Below are positions 9,763-18,055 of a stretch of DNA of 39,663 nt, in pieces. This DNA comes from Actinomycetes bacterium. Its GTDB lineage: Bacteria; Actinomycetota; Acidimicrobiia; Acidimicrobiales; VFJN01. The translations under genes and the position numbers were made by a program. Below the pieces are notes generated by a model that saw only the letters and a list, made by a program, of their open reading frames with translations, ran no database searches and was not told the origin of the DNA. Location of the stretch: positions 1 through 39,663 of the forward strand of contig JANOQG010000382.1 of assembly GCA_031422255.1 (NCBI GenBank). Reading direction: 5' to 3'. The first letter of the stretch is position 1; each line of letters opens with the position of its first letter.

Positions 9763-10131
9763 CTAGGTGCCCGGTGCCGGACTTCGGCTCGATCCGAGGA
9801 CGCAGAACTCATTGCCCTCCGGATCAATCAGCACAGTCCACGATTGCTCGCCTTGTCCGACGTCGGCTCGCGTGGCCCCTAGCGCGAGGAGCCGTTCGAC
9901 CTCAGCGTCTCTGTCGTCTGGCCGGAAGTCGAGATGCAACCGGTTCTTCATCGTCTTCGACTCCGGGACGAGTACGAAGAGGAGGCCCGGCAGACGATCT
10001 GGAGCACGTCGGATCTCGAACTCGTCGGCGTCATCGTTTACGACAACCCAGTCCAGCGCCTCCCGCCACCAACGGCCGAGGCCGGCTGGGTCCCGTGCAT
10101 CCACGATCGTTTGCTCCCACTCAAGGCTCAT
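9763..10131 (-). CDS. VOC family (glyoxalase-like domain) protein
   Basis: KNRLHLD, VERLLALGA, WTVLIDPEGNEFCV; TACGAT 6 nt before ATG. Confidence 0.92.
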   Translation of the reverse strand: MSLEWEQTIVDARDPAGLGRWWREALDWVVVNDDADEFEIRRAPDRLPGLLFVLVPESKTMKNRLHLDFRPDDRDAEVERLLALGATRADVGQGEQSWTVLIDPEGNEFCVLGSSRSPAPGT

Positions 10132-10306
10132 GGGTCGATCGTAGGAAGCACGTGACGTTGATGGAGTATCGAAGGACCGCGTCTCCCACCGCGAGATCCT
10201 GCCCGCTCTCCTGCCTGGCCGAGGCCTACTGCGTCACGAGCGCTAGCTCGGCGTCGACTTGGGTTTCCACCTGCGCGGCGTGTTGGGCCTCAGGTAGGAA
10301 TGGGGG

Positions 10307-10792
10307 ATGGCGAGGTCTTCGACGCGGCTCGTGCTGATCTGTGGGCTTCCGGCCTCAGGCAAGTCGACACTTGCTCGTCGGCTCGCACCCGAAGTCCCCG
10401 CCATCCGGTTGGACAAGGACCGGTGGGCTACAGCGCTGGGGGCCGACTTGTGGGATGAGGCTTTCCGCGCGCGTCTCGAACATCAGCTGTGGGTTCTCTC
10501 CCAGGATCTCCTCGCCCGGGGCCAGAGCGTGATCTTGGAGTGGGGCCACTGGGCGCGAGCGGAACGGGATGAGAAGCGACTCGGGGCGCGAGCATTGGGC
10601 GTGGGAGTCGAACTCCATTGCCTCGATGCGCCGTTGGACGAGTTGATCGAGCGAGCTGAACGTCGCACTACCGCTGGCGAGTGGACGGCCTCGCCCATGA
10701 CACGGGCTCACTTCGAGGAGTGGGCGACGATCTTCCAACCTCCCGACGACGAGGAGATCCTCTTGTTCGACGAGCCCGTTTCCGACGGTTGA
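10307..10792 (+). CDS. Small P-loop kinase (AAA_33-like)
   Basis: LICGLPASGKSTLAR Walker A, VILEWG.W.R.ER, FQPP. Confidence 0.88.
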   Translation: MARSSTRLVLICGLPASGKSTLARRLAPEVPAIRLDKDRWATALGADLWDEAFRARLEHQLWVLSQDLLARGQSVILEWGHWARAERDEKRLGARALGVGVELHCLDAPLDELIERAERRTTAGEWTASPMTRAHFEEWATIFQPPDDEEILLFDEPVSDG

Positions 10793-10923
10793 TCTCGTCG
10801 AGCTTGTCTCGCCATCTGCCAGCAGCATCATCGACGTGCCTCGCTCGGGGCACCACCTCCTGCCCGCGATGCCTGCACCTATTCAGCGGCGAAGGGCCGA
10901 TGGCGCACTCGTAGGCTCTCGGC

Positions 10924-11454
10924 GTGCTCGAGACTCGAACCGTAATCATCTGTGGTCAATGCGGCGCGTTCTGGGACCCGGCGGCCGAGTCGGCGGCGTG
11001 CAACGACTCGAACCATGAGCATCACCGGTTCGATTCGCACCTACACCGCAGTTGCGTCGTGCTGCCTGACGGCACCGAGCTAGCTGCCGTGTCCTTCGGC
11101 AGTGCCACTCCCTATGCCCGCCAGGTACCCCCTGACTTCGGGCTCTACCTCGACGGGAGGTGGCAGCCACCGTGGCCCCACGAGTACCTCGATTGGCCCG
11201 ACTTCGGCGTCCCAGACGATCCAACTCGGGTGGTCGTGGCGCTCGAGTCCCTGCGCGACCGGGCCCGGGAGGGCCAACGCGTCGAGATCGGCTGCTACGG
11301 CGGCCACGGTCGCACCGGTACTGCGCTCGCCTGTCTCGCGATCCTCTGCGGCCATCCGCCCGGTGAAGCCGTCAGCTGGGTCCGTGCCGAATACTGCGAA
11401 CGTGCGGTCGAGACAGACGAGCAGGAGGCCTTCGCCCGCGACTTCACCGGTTGA
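10924..11454 (+). CDS. Protein-tyrosine/dual-specificity phosphatase-like protein with Cys/His-rich N-terminus
   Basis: CYGGHGRTG (CX5R) loop, WPDFGVP acid loop, AVETDEQ; TAGGCT 6 nt before GTG. Confidence 0.88.
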   Translation: MLETRTVIICGQCGAFWDPAAESAACNDSNHEHHRFDSHLHRSCVVLPDGTELAAVSFGSATPYARQVPPDFGLYLDGRWQPPWPHEYLDWPDFGVPDDPTRVVVALESLRDRAREGQRVEIGCYGGHGRTGTALACLAILCGHPPGEAVSWVRAEYCERAVETDEQEAFARDFTG

Positions 11455-11465
11455 CCCCAGCCCTT

Positions 11466-11519
11466 GGGCAGTGCACATCAGAGCAATTCGGGCGTCGGCA
11501 CCTGTGCCCCAAACTGCCC
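11466..11519. repeat. Intergenic imperfect inverted repeat
   Basis: GGGCAGT(11466)/ACTGCCC(11513) with inner GCACA/TGTGC. Confidence 0.45.
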
Positions 11520-11546
11520 TGGCCGCGCCGTCGCATTCCGGGCAGG

Positions 11547-11981
11547 ATGGGACGCGTGCCGGAGGGACAAGACAAGCGCGGGCAGACGGCGAAGCTCCTG
11601 CTGGTGGGCGTGCTGGTTGCCGCCGGGATCGCTCTGGTGGTCACAGCCGTCGCCGAGGTGTGGCTCGTTGAGGTGACTACGACCGAAAACGTCTGGGGCG
11701 AGGACAGGCCCGTTGGGGTCGTCGTGGAGACGACTTGCGGAAGGGTTCTCAACCCTGTGCTGGACTGCGGCGCGAACAGGGACCGAGCGAACCAGGCAAC
11801 CGTCGTGTTTGGGGTCGGAGTGGTGTTGTGCGTCATCGCTTTTTCGGCTTGGGCGCTCGTCTGTCAGCGTCGGCCAAGGGACGCGATCGTCCGCGCCGTG
11901 GTTCTCATTCCACTGGCGATCGGCATCGCCTGGCTGTGGCGCAGCGGTGTCATCGGCTACTACGAGCGCCACCTCAGCTAG
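11547..11981 (+). CDS. Hypothetical membrane protein (about 3 TM helices)
   Basis: Three hydrophobic segments and a loop with C..C pair; start ATG 11547 or GTG 11556. Confidence 0.6.
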   Translation: MGRVPEGQDKRGQTAKLLLVGVLVAAGIALVVTAVAEVWLVEVTTTENVWGEDRPVGVVVETTCGRVLNPVLDCGANRDRANQATVVFGVGVVLCVIAFSAWALVCQRRPRDAIVRAVVLIPLAIGIAWLWRSGVIGYYERHLS

Positions 11982-12199
11982 CCGCGGGACGTCGAACTCG
12001 AACGTCACGGGAGGTCGCATCGATCCGTGCCGCGGCACTCCCCGCCGGGCCCTTCCGAGGTGATGCCGGGTACCAACGCGGACGCGCCTTTGCCGTCGCC
12101 ATAGACAACGGTCGCCTCTTTGACGATGTCGCCGAAGGATTGAACGCGCCAACCTTCGAACGCCTCCTGCGCAGCGGCGTTGGACCGGCAATGCCGGCC

Positions 12200-13060
12200 T
12201 CACGGGTCGGGCTTGTTCTGCCATGCCTCGTGCGCGGCGAGGCAGCGATCCCACAACCGGTCGGCAGACCGGCCGGTGAGGTGCAACCCGAACACGTCGG
12301 CCAGCGCGGTGAACCAGTCGGCGCGCTCGGTGAGCGCTTGGGGCGGACCTGACCCCGCGCCGACCCGGCTGAGTATGAGCCCCCGCATGCTGTCGACTCC
12401 CGTGGCATCACGGCGTTGCGCACTCGCGACGCGAACGAACCCTGACTCGGGGGCCGTCGACAGCCACTCGTGACGCACAGCGAAGTCCGCCATCGTCGCG
12501 GGGGCGGCGCGCCAACTCATCCCCGTGAAGCTGCCGCCCGGGTCGTGGGTGAGGTGCCAGTCGCCAGTGGCTCCGGGAGCCCCCTCGAGCGAGAGGCGGA
12601 AGGGCCCCTCCTGGTACGAGCCGGCGCGCAGGGGGAGTGCCTCATGCATCGCGTCGCCGAGACCCGCGTCGACGTACCAGGTGCCGGCGGGGTGATCGTC
12701 GGTCGGCAGCTCGCTCACGCTGAGCACGAGGTGGTTCGTCATCTCCGCGTCCGTCGGACCGCCAGGACCGTGCACGCCGCCGACGTGGCGCGTGACGGTG
12801 TACCCGAGGGACCAGAGCAGCTCGCTGAAGGCGCCGTTGAGGTGGAAGCAGTAGCCACCCCGGCCACCCTGGGCGATCCGTTCTACGGAGTCCTCGACGT
12901 CGATGCCCCAGGCCTCTCCGGCGTGAATCCACATCGTCTCGTACGGCACTCGCTCCACCTGCGCCCGGTGAAGGCGCTGTAAGGCATTGAGTGACGGCGG
13001 CTCGGCCTCGACGCCGAGCCGGCGGAGGTAGGCCGCTCGGAGCTCAGCGGCGAGCACCAC
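12200..13060 (-). CDS. Arylamine N-acetyltransferase family protein
   Basis: VPYET, RGGYCFHLN (Cys), NHLVL (His), YVDAGLG (Asp) catalytic triad. Confidence 0.92.
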   Translation of the reverse strand: MVLAAELRAAYLRRLGVEAEPPSLNALQRLHRAQVERVPYETMWIHAGEAWGIDVEDSVERIAQGGRGGYCFHLNGAFSELLWSLGYTVTRHVGGVHGPGGPTDAEMTNHLVLSVSELPTDDHPAGTWYVDAGLGDAMHEALPLRAGSYQEGPFRLSLEGAPGATGDWHLTHDPGGSFTGMSWRAAPATMADFAVRHEWLSTAPESGFVRVASAQRRDATGVDSMRGLILSRVGAGSGPPQALTERADWFTALADVFGLHLTGRSADRLWDRCLAAHEAWQNKPDP

Positions 13061-13063
13061 CGG

Positions 13064-14032
13064 CTAAGCGAAGGAGCGTTGTACAACGCCCAAGGCGTCC
13101 TCGGCCTCACGCACGAAGCGCTGCACGAGCTCACCAGCGGGCACGATCTCGTTGATCGAGCCCACGCCCTGTCCCGCCGGCCAGAACTCCTTGTCCGGGT
13201 CCACGCCTTCGGTGGTGGGATCGCCGCCAAGGTGGTTGGCGCCCTCCTGCATCGTCTTCACGACCTGCATCGGGAACGGCTCGGGCACGCCCCCGTCGGC
13301 CTCGAAGGCCTTCGTGTAGCCGTTCTCGATCACCCGACAGGTCTTGCCGGTGTACGCGCGCGTGATGGTGGTGCCGTCTTCGTGGGTGCGCAGGAGCGCC
13401 TCCTTGTAGCCCTGCACACCGTTGGCCTCGGGCGTGGCGATGAAGCGCGTGCCCACCCAGATGCCGTCGGCGCCCAGCGCGATCGCAGCCGCCAGGCCTC
13501 GTCCATCCACGATCCCGCCGGCTGCCACCACGGGTACCCGCTCGCCGACTGCGTCGACGATCTGGGGAACGAGAGCGAACGTGGCGATCTTGCCGGTGTG
13601 GCCTCCGGCCTCCGTGCCCTGGGCGACCACGATGTCGCAGCCCGCCTCGACGGCAGCGATGGCATGACGCACCTTGCCGCACATGCTCACCACGAGCACG
13701 TTGCGGCTGTGGCAGAGGTCGACCACGTCGCGCGGCACGCCGAGCCCGGCCACGAACACGGAGCCGCCACCGTCGATGATGTCGTTGACCTTGCTCGCCA
13801 TGTCGCCTGGCGCCGCGGTGAGCAGGTCGACGCCGAAGGGCTTCGCAGTCAGGGTGCGCACCAGGGCGATCTCGTCACGCATCTGCTCGGCGCCCATGGT
13901 GGACGCGCCCATGCATCCGAACCCACCGGCCTCGCTCACGGCGGCGACGAGCTCGTGATAGGACACCCCGCCCATGCCGGCCAGCATCACCGGGTGCTCC
14001 ACCTGCAAGACGTCGGTCAGTCGCGTACGCAT
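13064..14032 (-). CDS. Nitronate monooxygenase / FabK-like FMN oxidoreductase
   Basis: AGMGG, QGTEAGGH, AAGGIVDGRG, GTRFIATPE, AGQGVG. Confidence 0.92.
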   Translation of the reverse strand: MRTRLTDVLQVEHPVMLAGMGGVSYHELVAAVSEAGGFGCMGASTMGAEQMRDEIALVRTLTAKPFGVDLLTAAPGDMASKVNDIIDGGGSVFVAGLGVPRDVVDLCHSRNVLVVSMCGKVRHAIAAVEAGCDIVVAQGTEAGGHTGKIATFALVPQIVDAVGERVPVVAAGGIVDGRGLAAAIALGADGIWVGTRFIATPEANGVQGYKEALLRTHEDGTTITRAYTGKTCRVIENGYTKAFEADGGVPEPFPMQVVKTMQEGANHLGGDPTTEGVDPDKEFWPAGQGVGSINEIVPAGELVQRFVREAEDALGVVQRSFA

Positions 14033-14051
14033 GAGGGATGCCTAGGCCCGC

Positions 14052-14069
14052 CTTGACCGATCGGTCAAG
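14052..14069. promoter_or_regulatory. Perfect 18-bp palindrome CTTGACCGATCGGTCAAG, probable TetR-type operator overlapping the -35 of the NMO-NAT operon
   Basis: Perfect dyad 19 nt upstream of the ATG; on the minus strand it contains TTGACC, 18 nt before TAGGCAT. Confidence 0.65.
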
Positions 14070-14096
14070 CGGCCCCGCCTGCGCCCATCCACGCGT

Positions 14097-15893
14097 TCAG
14101 CAGGTGGTGCTGTCCGGCGGTCGGTACCGGGCACGGAAGTCGTCCTGTGTGGTACGTCCATCGGGGTAGGTGATCGTGCGGGTGGTCTTGACGGTCGTGC
14201 ACTTGCCGGAGGTGCCCTCGGCGATGCCTGTCTGGGCCGCGTTGGCGTAGGGCGTCGAATAGAGCGTGACGGTGAGGCTGGTCTGGGTATACGACGTCCA
14301 GATCATGATCCCGTAGGGGGTGTCGTTCGTGAAGCGGAGGTCGGGGGCGGGAAAGCCCATCGTCGCCTCTCGGCCGCGGGGGTAGCGGCTGAAGTACTCA
14401 GAGTGCGCCTGGTAGACGTCGATCGGGAGCCCTGCGAAGTACGCGGCGTTGAACGTGGTTGTTGCGAACTGCGAGATGCCTCCGCCGATCTCGTCCACGT
14501 GCTCACCGTTGCTGATGGCGCCCGCGGTCACGAAACCATTCTCGGCGGTGCGCCTCCCGACGTGGTCGTTGATGGAGAAGCTCGCACCGGGGGCGATCAC
14601 CACGCCCCGCACAAGGTCGGCGATTCGATGGATGTTCGTGATGCGCGCCCCGGTGGGGTCGTGGTAGGTCGTGAAGCCGGCTTCGGCGGTGGTGGGGGCT
14701 CCGTCGCGCCAGGCGTTGTTGCCCCCGACGGCCTGCACGATGCCGTACTTCTCAGCCGCAGCCGTCGTGAACGGCGCTGGCCCGTCAACGAGTGGTAGCT
14801 CGACGGAGCGACTTCCGCTCTCGAGCGCAGTCAGGATCTGTGTGCCCGTGCCATCGCCGCAGCACACCTTGCCAGGCTGGTCGGGGATGATCACCGGCGT
14901 GCCGTTCTCGAGTGTGAAGGATGCGTTCAGCGGGTGCCCCTCGACATCTTCGAAGGCTCGCCGTAGCCCGGCGGCGACCTTGGGCTGGTCGAATGTCACG
15001 ATCACAGCGCCGTCTGGGCGGCTGGCGAGAGCCACCCACGATCGGACCTCGTCGGAGCTGATCGTGCGGTTGCCGCCGACGGTACGGATCTCCACGGGCT
15101 CCGCGACCAGCGTCTCGGCAGCGTCGGCAGCATTGCGGGCGGCCTCGACAGAACCGAGCGGGGGTATCGGTCCACGCGACACTCGCAGGCGGATCGTCTC
15201 GTCGCCAGCGTCGGTGGCCGCCTGTGCCGCCGCCGGAAGTCGTCGAACGACCTCCTGGGGGTCGATGCCGTCACCGTCTTTGCCCGCCAGCACGTCGAAC
15301 TGTCCGTCGACGAGCTCGACGGTGGGTTCAGTCGGGGCCGTACGGTCCGTTCCCTCGAGGTCGACGACTGTGGCGGCTACCTGCTCCTCGTTGACGTTGA
15401 ACCGCAACGACGTCGCTCGCTCGAACAGCAACGATCGAGCCCAGGTGAACGGCCGCAGGAGCACGAAGGTGCTGTCATCCTTCTCGAGCGCCGCGGTGGC
15501 CGTGCCTGCCTCGTCAACCGTCAGCCCGAGCTCTCCCGCGGTGATGGAGTAGGTCGTGCCGTCGACCGCGATCTCCACCGGCATGGATGCCAAGTCCTGC
15601 GCGATCTCGCCGATGCGCCCGGCCAGCTCGTCCTCACCGAGTCCGCTGATGTCCCGTCCCGCGAGCTGAACGTTTCGGGGCACGCCACCGGCGTTCGCAT
15701 CCACCGCCCAGCCGATCACCAGCAGGAGAAGCGCCACCAACGGGACAATGGCGACCGGGAGGATCCAACGTCGCCTCAGGTCGTCGTCATGGTTCGTCGC
15801 GAAGGAGGCGACGCGGTTCGGTGCGGCCGGGCCATCGGGGGCCTCGTCCGCCTGAGGCGCGCCCGATGACGTCTCAGTAGGCAGATCTTCCAT
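14097..15893 (-). CDS. VanW family protein with N-terminal TM anchor and PG-binding-4-like region
   Basis: FSINDHVGRRT..NGF, GGGISQFATTTFNAAYFAGL, HSEYFSRYPRGREAT, DLRFTNDTPYG. Confidence 0.92.
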   Translation of the reverse strand: MEDLPTETSSGAPQADEAPDGPAAPNRVASFATNHDDDLRRRWILPVAIVPLVALLLLVIGWAVDANAGGVPRNVQLAGRDISGLGEDELAGRIGEIAQDLASMPVEIAVDGTTYSITAGELGLTVDEAGTATAALEKDDSTFVLLRPFTWARSLLFERATSLRFNVNEEQVAATVVDLEGTDRTAPTEPTVELVDGQFDVLAGKDGDGIDPQEVVRRLPAAAQAATDAGDETIRLRVSRGPIPPLGSVEAARNAADAAETLVAEPVEIRTVGGNRTISSDEVRSWVALASRPDGAVIVTFDQPKVAAGLRRAFEDVEGHPLNASFTLENGTPVIIPDQPGKVCCGDGTGTQILTALESGSRSVELPLVDGPAPFTTAAAEKYGIVQAVGGNNAWRDGAPTTAEAGFTTYHDPTGARITNIHRIADLVRGVVIAPGASFSINDHVGRRTAENGFVTAGAISNGEHVDEIGGGISQFATTTFNAAYFAGLPIDVYQAHSEYFSRYPRGREATMGFPAPDLRFTNDTPYGIMIWTSYTQTSLTVTLYSTPYANAAQTGIAEGTSGKCTTVKTTRTITYPDGRTTQDDFRARYRPPDSTTC

Positions 15894-16005
15894 GGGGATA
15901 CCAATCTCTCACGCCCCGACCCCCGTCCGGAATTCGCCCCCTGCGCGGCGGTGCGCTAGACGAGGTGGGCCGACAGAGGCACACGACTCAGGGGGATCAC
16001 CAGGG

Positions 16006-16911
16006 ATGACCAAGCTCTGCGAGGGTCGCGTCGCGATCATCACCGGTGCTGGCCGCGGCATCGGCCGTGAGCACGCACTGCTGCTCGCCCACCACGGCGC
16101 AAAGGTCGTGGTCAACGACCTGGGCGGCTCGATGGACGGGGAGGGCAACGACCAAGGCCCTGCTCATGACGTTGTCGCCGAGATCCTCGCGATGGGCGGC
16201 GAGGCCATCGCCAACGGCGATGACATCAGCGACTGGGACGGTGCGGAGCGCCTCGTTCAGTCCGCCATCGACACCTTTGGCGGTCTCGACATCCTCATCA
16301 ACAACGCCGGCATCCTCCGAGATCGCATGCTCACGAACATGAGCGAGGAGGAGTGGGACGCGGTCATCAAGGTGCATCTCAAGGGCACCTTTGCGCCGGC
16401 CCGCCATGCTGCCGCCTACTGGCGCGAACGTTCCAAGGCCGGCGAGACGAACGACGCACGCATCATCAACACGTCTTCGCCGTCAGGGATCTACGGGAAC
16501 GTGGGGCAGACCAACTACGGGGCCGCCAAGGCTGGCATCGCCAGCTTCACGATCATTGCGGCGAAGGAGCTAGGTCGCTACGGAGTCACGGTGAACGCCA
16601 TCGCGCCCGCGGCGCTGACTCGGATGACCGAGGGGCTCGGCATGGGCAACGCGTCTGAGGAGATCAAAGAGCAGATGTCTCCTGCGCACATCGCCCCGAT
16701 CGTCTGTTGGCTGGCCAGTCCCGATGCGGCGCACGTGACTGGACGCGTCTTCGATGTGACCGGGCGGATGATCTCCGTGAGCGAGGGCTGGCATCGTGGG
16801 CCGTCACTCGAGAACCCGCCGGATGACCTGGCGGAGCTGGGACCGAAGGTGTCGGCGCTGGTCGAGCAGGCTCGCGCCAACGCCAACATGCAGGGCTACG
16901 ACGAGAAGTAG
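16006..16911 (+). CDS. SDR oxidoreductase, MFE-2-like dehydrogenase
   Basis: TGAGRGIG, VVNDLGG, NNAGILRD, GQTNYGAAK; start at MTKLCEG. Confidence 0.93.
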   Translation: MTKLCEGRVAIITGAGRGIGREHALLLAHHGAKVVVNDLGGSMDGEGNDQGPAHDVVAEILAMGGEAIANGDDISDWDGAERLVQSAIDTFGGLDILINNAGILRDRMLTNMSEEEWDAVIKVHLKGTFAPARHAAAYWRERSKAGETNDARIINTSSPSGIYGNVGQTNYGAAKAGIASFTIIAAKELGRYGVTVNAIAPAALTRMTEGLGMGNASEEIKEQMSPAHIAPIVCWLASPDAAHVTGRVFDVTGRMISVSEGWHRGPSLENPPDDLAELGPKVSALVEQARANANMQGYDEK

Positions 16912-16920
16912 GAGACGCAC

Positions 16921-17778
16921 ATGCCGATCAATCCTGATGCTGTGGGGACCAAGTCCGAGCCGGCGCGTCGCAAGTGGAGCAGCAAAGACGCGCTGATCTA
17001 CGCCCTCGGCGTAGGTGCCGGCGCGGCCGACCCGCTCGACGAGCTGCAGTTCACCACCGAGAATACAAACGGCAGTCCGCAGCGAGCCCTCCCGACGATC
17101 GCGGTCGTGCTCGGCCCGATGGGCGGCGGCTTTGGTGCGATCGGGTCCTTCAACCCCGCAATGCTCGTGCACGGCGAGCAGGGCATCACGATCCACCAGG
17201 AGATCCCGGTAGAGGGCGAGCTCGAGGCGGTGAGCGAGATCACGGGGATCTACGACAAGGGCAAGGGTGCCGTCGTCGTGTCAGAGAGCACCGCCACGCT
17301 GGTGAGCACCGGCGAGGCCCTGTTCTCCACGCGCATGTCCGCCTACATTCGCGGCGAAGGTGGCTTCGGTGGCGATCGTGGCCCGTCAGGCACGCCCAAC
17401 CAGGCGCCCGACCGCGCCGCCGATCACACGGTCACGGTGCAGACTCGGTCCGATCAGGCACTCATCTACCGCCTGTCGGGGGACCGCAACCCGCTCCACT
17501 CGGATCCGTCGTTCGCTGCCATGGGTGGCTTCGACAAGCCGATCCTCCACGGGCTGTGCACCTATGGCTTCACGGGACGAGCGTTGCTTCACGCGCTGTG
17601 CCAAGGCGACCCCGCCCGCTTCAAGGGTCTCGATGCGCGCTTCTCCTCACCTGTCATGCCGGGCGAGGCGCTGACGATCAACGTCTGGGAGGACGGCGCG
17701 GGCACCGCCATCTTCCAAACATGTGGCGAGGATGGCCGCGTGGTCATCGACGCTGGCCGCGTCACCTATTCGACCTGA
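16921..17778 (+). CDS. MaoC/MFE-2-type (R)-enoyl-CoA hydratase 2
   Basis: YALGVG, LVHGEQ, YRLSGDRNPLHSDP hydratase-2 motif, ILHGLCTYG; AGGAG RBS. Confidence 0.94.
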   Translation: MPINPDAVGTKSEPARRKWSSKDALIYALGVGAGAADPLDELQFTTENTNGSPQRALPTIAVVLGPMGGGFGAIGSFNPAMLVHGEQGITIHQEIPVEGELEAVSEITGIYDKGKGAVVVSESTATLVSTGEALFSTRMSAYIRGEGGFGGDRGPSGTPNQAPDRAADHTVTVQTRSDQALIYRLSGDRNPLHSDPSFAAMGGFDKPILHGLCTYGFTGRALLHALCQGDPARFKGLDARFSSPVMPGEALTINVWEDGAGTAIFQTCGEDGRVVIDAGRVTYST

Positions 17779-17786
17779 GTCGTCGG

Positions 17787-18003
17787 TGCAAGGGTTGGGA
17801 CCGCTCGCCCGTGATGGCGGTCCTCACGGCGCAACAGCCGCGCGTCGTGAAGTTCAACACCCACGGGCACGGCAACGGAGGCGCAGTGGGTGGCGATGCA
17901 GGGCTACGGCCGCCTCCGGGTGGCTGCCCTGAACGCCAACGGCAACCTGTACGTCGCCACCGACGAGAACCCCGGCCGCATCCTGCTCGTGGTCCCGAGC
18001 TGA
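17787..18003 (+). pseudogene. Frameshifted C-terminal remnant of a PQQ-dependent sugar dehydrogenase (GSDH-like propeller)
   Basis: KGWDRSPVMAVLTAQQPRVVKFN, then a frameshift near 17865, then MQGYGRLRVAALNANGNLYVATDENPGRILLVVPS*. Confidence 0.6.
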
Positions 18004-18055
18004 TCGCCCGTCGCCGGTTGCGCTCGAAGGGCCCGCCGTGGGCGATCATGCAACC

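Noticed and set aside
10793-10923. Possible alpha/beta-hydrolase scrap (DVPRSGHHLL)
   Set aside because: Too short and degenerate to support
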